Origin: the human T2T-CHM13v2.0 reference genome, Homo sapiens
Reading direction: 5' to 3' (one strand)
DNA length: 64,000 nucleotides
Assembly (NCBI RefSeq): GCF_009914755.1
Contig: NC_060931.1
This document shows positions 1 to 11,600 of this stretch, in pieces; positions within the stretch are counted from its first letter, which is position 1; each line of letters opens with the position of its first letter. The notes under the pieces are model-generated. The model worked only from the letters and a program-made list of their open reading frames with translations. It had not been told where the DNA came from and ran no database searches. A program made the position numbers and the translations under genes.

Positions 1-1004
1 AGGACATTTAATCATCAAAGACATAGCACGAAAGAGGGTGACGCTGAGTAGAAGTAGCAGACATATTTGCAGGAGAACTGATAACCAAGGTGTTCTCAAA
101 AGATTTGCATGTAATATAAATTAATTCACATCAACATTTGTATTATTCTGCAAAGGAAAAGACACATTCTGAAGAATGTGAGAATACTAGGTAAGAAATG
201 TCTAACTAGCTAATTCTAAGTTTATGCTTAAACTGATGGAAAGTTTCACAAAATAACTTTGCCAAATAATTTTTTACTAGTTTACACAAATCCAAATCAA
301 ATAAAAGATTATCTGTATTCTGAATAAATAAATATAACTTCACAGAGCATTGTTTATATTTAGTATGAAATTTTCTGGTGATTTTACTATAGTATGTACT
401 TCCAAGCTGTTTTCTGAAGTCATATGCAGAACTTATCACAAGGGTCTCAAACTAAAGAATTTTTTTTTTTCATTTTAAAGATGAGTTGAAGTAAAGAGAG
501 CATTCAGTGGAGCTAAGCAGTAATCCTTGTAATTTTATTCTCTTTTTCTCTTCAGAATCTCCAGTTATATAATTTACCCTTATTCCTGGCGAAAACTTTT
601 ATGCTTCTTACTTCAAAATTTGTACTTCCAGATATGACTATCTCTTCTGGTTTCTGGTTCAGGGATTTCAAGTGACATTGTATATTTTCACTCAAATCTC
701 TGCCTTCTTATCAAATTCATTTCGGACAAACTATTGGTCTTTCTCTATTCCAAATTCCCTGACTACGTAATCTCTGTGAAATAATACATTTGTTGACACA
801 GACTTCAGAGTGTCATTTCACATTTTTATTCCCTTCCAGTCTAATATCAGTTAATCTTCTCAATACATTTTTGCTTTGTAATATCTTTTATCTTTGTCTC
901 TAATTCAAACCTTTAATTTCCTGTACCATGGTCTCTTCCTATATTTTTTTCTCTTTTCTCATTCCCCCATTTCTACTTTTATTCCTTGTCTCTATATCTA
1001 CTAA

Positions 1005-1740
1005 AGACGTACTATGTGCAAAGCATTGTGCAGGCTGTAGGCAATGAAAATTAGTCCTTGCCCTAGAGAAACTGATAGCATAGAAGCAGTGACAGGTAAG
1101 TACAGATATTGTTGTTACAAGACAGACTGGGATTGATAGCCTACTAATAGAAGCAAAATGCTTTGTGAATAAGGTAAGATGAATTATACCCAGGGTCATC
1201 AGTAAGGAGATGAAAGATGTGGAGTATTGTGATAGATGGCGAGAGTTGGAAAAGGGAGCTTTGAAGGGGAGAAAAAATATGAGCAAAGGATTGGAGGCTT
1301 AACATGACTTGAAAACAGTCTGTTGTGACTTGGAGTATTAAGTGAGTGGAAAAGTATCCAAGGAGCTGAGACTAAGTCAATACAATTAAAACTCACTTTG
1401 GAGGACTCTGAATGATTCAAGATAATGGTGAGTAATTGAAGAGCTTTAATGTAAACTAACCAGGGTTTTAAAATGTAACTCTGGCAGTGCTGTGATGAAA
1501 TGAACTAAAGGGATAAGGCATAAATGACAATAGGCCAGGTAAACAGATGAAATGATTTGAATAACAAAGATGGGGGCCCAAAAAGGTTTAGTGGCAGTAA
1601 GCATGGAAATAAGAAGAATCTATGTAAAATAAACTCCACAGACAGGGTAGAGAAGGCTTGGCAGCTGATTGGATGGGGTGAGTGGGCTGTGGAATTCTAA
1701 AAGATTCCTGGGGAGATACTGCTGAAAATTAATTAACTTC
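1005..1740 (-). mobile_element. L2 LINE relic (approximate)
   Basis: gtactatgtgcaaagcattgtg...agtccttgccctagagaaactga followed by a purine-rich body, typical of antisense L2. Confidence 0.5.
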
Positions 1741-1849
1741 TCAAATGTCATATAGTGTATGATCAGTATATAAATATTGAATAATGGGATAAAAATAAAT
1801 ACAATATGAATGAGAAGTTTCAAATATGAACTACATAATACAGAGCTAC

Positions 1850-1995
1850 CTGAAGAGAATGTCCTGCAGGACTTAGACTGAATCGAAAAGTTTCATTAAA
1901 CGAAGGCTCTCGATCATGTCTGCATACTCTTGTTTTTTTCTTGATCACCTTTTTTTGGGTAGAAATATTCATCACATATATTTTCACATATAAAT
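1850..1995 (-). CDS. PCLO: PCLO exon, 146 nt, C2B core: (D)[48 protein letters not shown]
   Basis: Acceptor ttcttattttcag|AT; donor CAG|gtagct; C2 signature motifs YVK, KKKT and PxFNETFxF. Confidence 0.96.
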
Positions 1996-2154
1996 CTGAA
2001 AATAAGAATTCAGCCCATTAAATTCCATCAATCATATAAATTTCTATTGAAAGAATTATAACTGTATACTGAGAGTTCTTGTTACATTTTGCACAAAGCC
2101 AGCAGATTGTAAACGATTTGTTTCAGATAACATAAAATGATTAAAAGATATGTC

Positions 2155-2322
2155 TTTTTTTTTTTTTTTTTTTTTTTTTTTGAGACAGGGTCTTACTCTG
2201 TCACCAGTCTGGAATGCAGTGGCCAGATAACTCACTTAACTTCAAACTCCTGGGCTCAAGTGATCTTTCTGCTTCAGTCTTCTACATAGAGGGACTACAG
2301 GCAGGAGCGACCACACCTAACT
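2155..2322 (-). mobile_element. Alu right-monomer fragment (FRAM/AluJ-like) with 27-nt A tail
   Basis: T27 then gagacagggtcttactctgtcacc...ctcctgggctcaagtgatc...gggactacaggc. Confidence 0.85.
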
Positions 2323-2569
2323 GATATATCTATTTTTCTTAACAATTTAAAATTGTCCTTCTGTTGGCTAATGAATATAACACTATAATGTATATGTTAA
2401 AATATCTAGCTAAAAACTGAAAGAAAACAACTTGTTACATATGTTAATCAGTTATTTTTTCTGACATATTTGGTGTACAGTTCAAATTTTAGTTAACATT
2501 TTCCAGAATATGTAAGACACATCCCTAAAAAAATCTAGATATATTGATGATTATAATAGAATTAGATAC

Positions 2570-2704
2570 CTGGTAGATGATCAGGAGACTTAAATTTGTA
2601 TGTAATATTTCTGCATTGGAGAATTTCAACTATTAGTTGTTCACCATCTGTCTTCATTTCCTTCTTCAATGCAATCTTGATTTCTCCCATTACCTGAGTT
2701 TTAG
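2570..2704 (-). CDS. PCLO: PCLO exon, 135 nt, start of C2B: (A)[44 protein letters not shown](D)
   Basis: Acceptor aaattctcccag|CT; donor CCA G|gtatct; C2-domain strand motifs GEIKIAL and [11 protein letters not shown]. Confidence 0.96.
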
Positions 2705-3130
2705 CTGGGAGAATTTAATAAAAATGCAAAGAAGTATGTAATGCCATATATGAAATGTTTAGTTCAGTAATTCATTCATACATTCATTTACTCTTTATCA
2801 AGTGCTAAGTATCTTATGACATCCTAAGTGCTAAATATCTTATGACTGTATTTTATTCATCTGTATATTTATTTACAGGTGAATAAATTAATTCACAGAT
2901 GAATAAAATACACAAAATTTATCACAGATTCATTTATTCAGATATGAATAAAATACAGTCCATGCCCTTAAGCCTGTAAAGAGTGAAGAATCTTATGGGT
3001 AGACTGATAAATACACAGATGCTTACACCAAAGTATGTTAGACATAATGATAGCTTAGCAACAAGGGAGGTATGAAGAAATGCATGTAGATAAATTTTAC
3101 TCAACTGTAGACTTTAGGACAAAAGAAGTA

Positions 3131-3198
3131 ATAGATATGACTGTATCAATTCACATAGATATGACTCTATCAAGGGATATGACTCTATATCAATTCAT
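3131..3198. repeat. Short degenerate tandem repeat (gatatgactctatcaa core, 3 copies)
   Basis: atagatatgactgtatcaattcac / atagatatgactctatcaagg / gatatgactctatatcaattcat. Confidence 0.8.
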
Positions 3199-3199
3199 G

Positions 3200-3680
3200 C
3201 GTTAATTCACTTATTCATTCTCCAACAAATATTTTATTTCCCACCCTACTCTGTGCTAAGCACTCCACTAGGAAGAGTGAATATAATGATAAGCCAAAAC
3301 GTGCGTGCTTATTGGTTTCATGCTTTTTCTATCTATTGGGAAGAAAACCATTCATCAGATATTTTCATCAATAAATATATAATTATAAAAAGAGGAAAGG
3401 TTCTGAAGTATAGAAGTATGGTTTCAATGGAGGCTAAAACAAAGGAGCAGATGCTTAGGGAGGTGCTGCTTAAGCTGAAACCAGAAGGATGAGAGTTAAT
3501 TAGGTGAGACGGATTAGGAAGGACATTCCAGAGAGAAGGAACAGTGTGTTCTCAAAAGGAAATATAACATGAGAAATAAATGCCTATGTGATAGTAACAT
3601 ATTGTAAATAGAAGCCATGTTAAGAATTTGGTTTTTCTGTTTAGATCTCTAGGAATCCATTAAAGGTCTTTAAACATGGC
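3200..3680 (-). mobile_element. L2 LINE 3' relic
   Basis: ttattcattctccaacaaatatttt...ctactctgtgctaagcact...aagctgaaaccagaagga...cattccagagagaaggaacag. Confidence 0.65.
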
Positions 3681-3689
3681 TGTAGATAA

Positions 3690-4644
3690 TTTATTCTCAA
3701 ACATTTTGATCTCAGGAATTCTTTACACTCAAAAAAAATTGACAGTCTTCAAAGAACCTTTGTTTATGTGGATAACTACCAATATTAGAAATATAAAATT
3801 TCTAATTTTTAATTAAAATTGAAAAGTAGATATTTAAAAATATTTATTAATCAAATCAAATGACAACTGCTTTAATGAAAATGTTTTAAAGAACATAATC
3901 ATATTTTCCAAACCAAAAAAAATAGAGGTACTGTTTTATATTTTTTCAAATTTCATTAGTGCATGGCTTAATAGAGGACAACTGCATTCTCTTTCTTTCG
4001 CTCTCTTTCATTTCTTTCTTTCTTCTTCCTTCTGTAGAGATGGAGTCTTGCTATGTTGCCTAGGCTGTTCTCAAACTCATGGCCTTAAGCAATCCTCCTG
4101 CCTTGGCCTTACAAAGTGCTGGGATTACAGACATGAGCCATACTGTACCTCACTTCTTTTTTCCTTTTAGAGATAGGGTCTCACTCTGTCGCTCAGGCTG
4201 AAGTGTAGTGGCCCGATCATGGCTCACTGCAGCCTCAGACTTCTTAAGTCAACCATTGTATTTTGGTATGTGGCATAAGCACTTTAAGAATTTTTCCTGT
4301 TTAGTCACATGAATATTAGAAAGAAATGCACTGAAGGATTTAGATTTTTAAACAGTTGAACTGATTCATCGAGGATACCCTTAAGTGAAACTGGCATTTT
4401 TTTCCCTGTAAGAGCATGTTGGTAAATAAATAAAGTGTCTACTAGCATAGTTTCTTGCCACTGCCTTAATAGGAAATAAGTCCCTAGCACTTTCATGCAC
4501 TATTACTTTGCACTACCAATATAAATATCAACCAAGTGAAAAAGGTAAGTAATTTCAGCGTATTTTGAAAATAATTTTGACTTTATGAACTTAAAAATCT
4601 CGCGGAACCACGGAGGTCTGTGAACCACATTTCGAGAATCAGTG
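3690..4644 (+). mobile_element. hAT-Charlie (Charlie1-like) DNA transposon interrupted by Alu monomers
   Basis: Termini ttctcaaacattttgatctcagga... and ...gtctgtgaaccacatttcgagaatcagtg. ORF 4305..4496 has transposase-like debris (LKGILDESVQ). Confidence 0.7.
4030..4250 (-). mobile_element. FLAM/AluJ left monomer plus adjacent partial Alu right monomer
   Basis: gtagagatggagtcttgctatgttgcctaggctg...aaagtgctgggattacag, then agagatagggtctcactctgtcgctcaggctg. Confidence 0.85.
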
Positions 4645-5049
4645 TTATAGAGTATAGTTGAGTAATTTTTGAAAGAAAATGAAATAACAAAACACTGTGA
4701 GTAAAGTTGTAAAAATATTAGGCTGTAGTTATTTGATCATTTTGATTTAATTTTGTCACATTTTGGGGATATAATTGATAGATGTATTCTTTTCTGGATT
4801 AAGCAACTGTTTGATGAAATTAGCTTAAAATTTGTAAGTCCAGATATACCCTTACATGTGGAAAAATATCTATAACATATCTCTCCTCGCTCTCTTCCTC
4901 TGTCAAAAAACTAATACTGTAGTCCAAAAATTGACAAAATTATCTTCTATAAGTTTTATAAACTAAAATACAAATCTTCCAGAGTTAAATAATAATTCAT
5001 GAGCCAATGATTAGAGATAGTTCATAGTAGAGAGATGTTTACTTTCAAG

Positions 5050-6725
5050 AAACTCCAAGCATAAATAAAAGATTTTATATCCAGCTAACCTGTCTTTCAA
5101 CTATCAAGCCTACAATTTTAAGCATGAAAGAACTCAGGGAATACTTCACAAAGTTTGACTCTCTCAGAAATATATAAGATAAATTTCATCAAATGAAAGA
5201 GACAACTAGAGAAACTTCAGCAAAGGGACTGATGGTAATTATTCAATATAATTAATTGTAGAACTAAGATTGAGCAGTACATAGGTTGGTGGAAGAATAG
5301 TATGGAAATGTCATATTTATGACAAAGTATAAAGTATGAAACTAAAAATTAATGAATAAAGAAGGGAGAGAGAAAGAGGAAAGCAGAATGGGATTACTGA
5401 TTTTTGTATAGGTAATAGGTAACAAAGGATGCCATTTAAAACTAACAAACCAGGCAGTCAATGGTCATGTAAGAGGAACAGGAGTTAGACATTATAAAAA
5501 CTATAAATAAAAGGAAAACCTTTAGAACAAAGATACAAAGCTTTCTTAATTCCAAAAGAAAATTAAAAAACCCAGAGGCCAAGTGGAGAAATATCATCAA
5601 TATGACATAACATACACAATGATTATAAAATAAAATGCAGAGTTGAGATTAAGCATATCTATTATATCACTAAACATGAGTAAGTTTTAGCTAGTCTATT
5701 TTAAAAATTGTTTCAGATTGGCTCACAAAGCAAAGCCTAGTTCTATACTATGTACAAGAAATACAACTAAAATCTGGTTTTATTCCAAATAGTAAAAAAT
5801 ACAGATATTGGCAAGTATGTCAGGCATATGGAATCAATAAGAGTGCAGAGGTTGAGATCTTATTATCAGATAAAACAGAATTCAGGCCAAAATGCAGCAA
5901 ATAAGACAAAGAAAGACACTGTATGAAACTAGAAATCCATAAATCATAATGAAGACACAACAGTTATCAATATCCGTGTACCACTTATGTAAAGTTGAAA
6001 CTACAAAGTAAGATGCAAGAATATAGAGGATTTGAGGAGTAAAGATGATAATAATGCAATATTAACAGTGTAAGACAAGGCAAGTGAACTAAAAAACTAG
6101 ATAAAATATTGAGACACTATAATCAATAAAGTAGATCTCACGGATATGTATCAAACACTATACCCTGATAATAATGAATATACCTTTTTCTTAATCATCT
6201 ATGGAACATATTCAAAAACTGATCATATATTGAGTTACAAAGAAGACATTAGTGGGTTCTATAAAATGAAGCTATTATCAAATTATGTGATAATACACTC
6301 AATGGCTTTCAACTAACCAACTTTTGGGTGAATGGAAAAATATATGAAAAAATACAGAAGTTCTGAAAAATAATGGTAATAAAACACTATATATCAGAAT
6401 CTGTAAGAGTTAAAGAAATGATCACATGAAAATAAATAGCTTTAAACTCCTGTATCATTTCAAGTAATGATTAGAAAATACACATATTCTTCTATCTGCT
6501 ATCAATAAAAAAATAAAAAATACAATTGGTTTAAATTCCAACTCAAAATCTAGAAAGGAACAACAAAATAAAATAAAAGTAAGTACAAGGAAGGAAATAA
6601 TAAAGATGTCCACTAAAATTAATAAAGTAGGGAACAGAAAAAAAGTAGATAAAATTAATAAATCAAAATTCTGGTACTTTGAAAAACCCACCAACAAAAT
6701 AGAAAAATTAATAGTGAATTTAGTT
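5050..6725 (+). mobile_element. Old L1 (L1M) fragment: ORF1 end to ORF2 endonuclease region, decayed
   Basis: gattttatatccagctaacctgtctttcaa, tatcagataaaacagaattcaggccaaaa and aaaatctagaaaggaac...aggaaggaaataataaagat; many stop codons. Confidence 0.75.
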
Positions 6726-9351
6726 AATGTCATGTGGCTTCTTAACATTACTATTTAGAAATGACATGTGTTCTCTTAACTGTAACACTACTCTCCTCTC
6801 AAAGATTTGGTATAAAATGTCTGGTGTCATGAATATACCCTAATACTAATTGGCTCACATTTTGTTTATACATTCTTGACAGATGGGAAACTACAAATCT
6901 CACCTTATATGTTTCTTTGAATTTGTGAGGGCAAATTCAGTTCTGGTCACTTAACCATTTTAAATAATCATAAACAAGTCCATTAAAAATCTATCTTTTT
7001 TTAAAAGGAGCTTCACAGGAAAATAAAGGATCTCTAAAATAAAAACGAGAAAATGAATCAGATCTTAAGATCTCCCTTCTTCAATATCTAGAGAAGTTAG
7101 CGGGGGGAGAAAAAAAAGTAAAATGTAGGAAAGTGGTAACCAGTACCAACGAAGCAAGGAATAGGTTATAGTCTCCGGACAGAAAACCCAAAGAAGTGAT
7201 GTCTAGGAATGAAAAGGCAGTTTCTGGTAAGGTACAAGTCAGCAGCATTCTTGAGTACAACAGATATCACAAAATCTTGTCAGGAAAAGAGAAATGAATT
7301 GACAAAACCCTGAGAATTATTACTAAATCCCCCATCTTAGGGAAGTAGATGAACAATGAGAGTAGCTAGCCCTAGGAAAAAATCAAAATAAACCTTTGAG
7401 AGTGGCAGCCTTGGCTTATCACTATGAAGATTCAAGAGTCTCAGTAGAATCAGGAAAAACAGACATGCCTCCCCATTACTGGAGCTCCAAGATAAAGTAG
7501 GGGAAATATGTAAAGCTTAGTATATCTTTTCATAGGAATAACATGCACCTCTGCTTGGTTGAGTGAACACTGACAGAAAACATTTAATCAAATGGTAAAA
7601 GAGGTAGCAAAAAACCTAGTTAAATGAGGTGGCAAATCTATCTATCAGGCACCTCTCACTCTTTCCTTTAAAGCCATAGAAAAGTAGATAGCTACTCCTC
7701 AATCTCTCAAACCATACCTGGGAGGGAAGGAAAAAGAGGTTTCTAACATGGAAGGGAGGGAGTCAAGGAAAATTCTCTCTTGCTATTTGGAGTCAATAGC
7801 AGTTGTGAATAGAATTGATCACACTAATGATCATGATGAAATAGAACAGCAAGACAAATTTTATCTGGGAGAAATTCACTTTTATAGGTCATAGTCTTCC
7901 ATTATAGGCCTAAAAGCTCAACACACCGCATATGTGAAATTTGTTGTTTTTCGCCTTCTCACTTGGGGAGAAAAGTGGAATTAAAAACTTGCTAATTGAA
8001 GTTCTCAAGTCATCACATTGCTTGTTTCTTTCTTGGAATGCTTAACTTCACAGGCTTCACAGTGTGATACTTGTGAAATTTTTTTTATAAGTTTCTCTCT
8101 GTTCAAAGATTGAACGAGCTTGTTCTTTGCTACTAAAGGAAGAAAGGACGTGCTTACTGAGGTTGTCTCAAAGCAGGTGGTTGCGTTAATTGTGGGTCCA
8201 TTGCTACCTCTTATATCTGACCTTTTATAGGTTTGTAATGCTTTTGTCTTTTGAAGCAAATACATGGATGGAGGCAAAATCCTCCGTGTTTGCAGGTTGG
8301 GCAGCAGCTCCAGATCTGCTTGAGCCTTTGAACAAAACAAACAAACAAACAAACAACAAAAAACCATCACACACACAGAGGACATATGATGATGTTTTAT
8401 AATTTGGTTTGGATAAAGAGTGAAATGGCATTAGAAAATGCTTTGACCAGCCTTCAGGTCTCCTGGCGTCCTGAAACTTATGCTTCTTTGGTCGTATTAA
8501 AAGAATAAAAATTAATCCTACTCTAGAGAAGATATTTATCCTATAATGTGGCACAAATCTACAACTTAAGAACAGGGAGGAGAAGAGGAAGGGATGGAGG
8601 ATGTAGAAGTCATGGTTAAAAATGAGATGACAAAATAATATATGAGGTGAAAATGGAGATGCCAGATCTAAGAACACTAATAATCACATTTTAAAACTAT
8701 TAGTGAAGTGGAAACATCATGGTACAAAATGAGATAAGATAGAAATTAAGATTATTGACATGGAGGAAAGAAAGAATTAAGATAATATAGAGAACATAGA
8801 GAATAAAGGTAGAGAACAAAGATTGAGGTATAGAGAAGAAAACTATGATACATATAATCTTTTCTCAGAAAAAGTAAATTCAACAGAATAGAAAATAATA
8901 TCTATTTAAAAATATCAAATTATTTCTCCCAAATAACAGAAGAATAAATCTGTGGACCAAAAGTGCATCCTATATTTCTGGAAATATTGATGAGTTGATA
9001 CACTGATATATCCCATTTAATATTATACTTCAAGAATATAGGAATCATTCTTAAAAGGATTCAGGAGAAAAAGAAATAAGTTCTCTGAAAGATATATCAA
9101 TGTATAAAAGAAATTCATTCTGAAATATATAAGACTATGGCAGAGGATATAGCAATGATTGAGTGAAAGAAAGAAGGAAAGAAAGGCAAAAAGGAGGGAG
9201 GGAGGGAAGGGAGAAAGAGACAGGGAGGGAGGAGGAACTTGAAGATGAAATCCAGACAATTAATAAAATAAGAAAGTGGAAGAGAACTAATTTACTTACA
9301 ATTTAAAACAGAGAATCAACTGATAAAATTTAAAATTAAAACATAGTATTA

Positions 9352-9651
<300 letters not shown>

Positions 9652-10164
9652 TTAAAATGTATAATTATTCAACCTCAATATTTTAAATTTTGTCTCTTAA
9701 ACTTCGTGAAAATTTTTAATAAAGTAATATGGCTAAAATATTTATTGAAATTAACTCATTCATTTTTTCCTTAAAATACAATTAAATTTAAAATATAATC
9801 ATTTTTTGATAAACATGAATATTTTAATTCTACTTTAACAAAATTGATTCTTGCTTTCTCTTTAGCTAAAGTGTTTCTACTAATGTAACTGTCAAATTGG
9901 CTTATTTTTATCTTCCACAGCAATTCTTAAATCACTTTCTGGTGCTTTATTCTCAATTAGTATATACAATGGCCTTCTCACTTTTGAATTTTCTCAGATA
10001 AAAATTTTATATATATTTTATCTTTGAAAAATATGTGTATGTGATATCTATATGCATACATTTGTACACATACCTCTATCTCTAGCTATCTAATTTGCAT
10101 TTATAGAGAAACATTACGATTAACAGAATACAATCATCATTTCACCAAAAGAAATAGATTGGTA

Positions 10165-10285
10165 TAATTTCTATTTTACACATGAGAAAAAAGTGGTTTG
10201 GGTATTTCAAGTAACTTGCCAAGTCGTTAAATGGCCCTGGCTGAACTTTAATCTAGATCTTCTAATTTTAAGTCTAAGGCTCCAT
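10165..10285 (-). mobile_element. MIR fragment
   Basis: ctattttacacatgagaaaa...aagtaacttgccaag, similar to the MIR core. Confidence 0.6.
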
Positions 10286-11461
10286 TCTCTCATGGCTACT
10301 TTAGATTTTCTGTGAATAAGATTGCGAAAACACTGACTTCATGGGAATATTCGCTTTAAAACATTTTTGTAACACAGTATCAGAATAAAAGAGTTTACAG
10401 AGGCTATTTTGCTTTTTTCTTTTAGTCACATACTGGACTTTAGAAAGAGGAGATGGCATAGTAAGCAACTCTTTAAATTGTTTAAACAACGGAAGATGTC
10501 TTCCAGAAGTTATTGTCTACATAGGCACATAGGTCAATTATGAAAATTGTTTAGATTAAACAATAAACACAGCAATGCTTTTTTTTGAAATATTCATCAT
10601 TATGTGAAATTGCTAAAACATGAAAAGTGACTATTAATTGAGAAGATATTTCTTTTTTATTACATTATTGGTGTCTGTACCACTTAACTGGACATAGTAT
10701 AAAGTGAGTTTACTGTCTCTCAGAATTCTAACAATTCTATTGCAACCTCAGCAGTTGTTGCCAGTGCAAGACCATTTTAGGCAAAAGTCTCTTTAGAGGC
10801 AAGTTTTAAGTAACTGGAAATGAATACAATGTGGAAGAGAAAAGAAGGAAAGAATGATACCTTGCAAACGAAAAGTCTGCGTAAGAAAAAAAGCAGAGTG
10901 AACAAAATTCTCGTCCCATTACACTGTATTTGCAAATTTTCACTAATAAATACCACATAGCAATGATGTAGGTCACTGGTGCTAGCTAATGAAGTCTGAA
11001 TTGGTGTCTGATAAGATGCATATTTAGCCATGACAGTCTATCACCTCATAATTTGTTACCTAGCTCCCATCACTTATTCCAAATCGATAAAAACTCTAAG
11101 ACAGATTTTAAAAACCAGGAATTCTGGCTTCTAGCCCCGTGAGATGGCAGGCAAGTCATTAAATCTTCTGCTCTAAATAATTGTGTTGGTTTACTTAGTT
11201 TTCAAACCCAGTCATTATGGAAAGTCTTATTAATGCCCTACTAGCTGTTAATAGCCAAAGTAGTGATGTATATTCCCACAAGTGTAATTTGATTTTCCTT
11301 CCTTTTATTGTTTCTATTCTACCAGTTTCAAGCCTAGGTGATGAAAGTGATGATCTTTTTCAAATGCCAAAATTACAAAGGTAAATTGTTAGTACAATCC
11401 CTGAAGTGATAATTACTCAATAAGCATTAATTCTTTTTATTTCTCCATATTCCCTTATTCT

Positions 11462-11600
11462 TTTTTTAAAAATTAGATTTTCAATTGACAAATAATAATT
11501 CTAGATATTCATGGAGTACAATGTGATATTTGATATGTGTTTATAATATGGAATGTTTAAATCATGCTAAGAAATAAACCCATCATCTCACTCAATTATC
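11462..11600 (-). mobile_element. L1MA-type 3' end fragment
   Basis: aattgacaaataataatt...tattcatggagtacaatgtgatatttgatat. Confidence 0.65.

Noticed and set aside
8005-8677. Overlapping 126-aa and 150-aa minus-strand ORFs
   Set aside because: Phe/Leu-rich low-complexity translations spanning an (AAAC)n repeat, with no recognisable domain or splice support.
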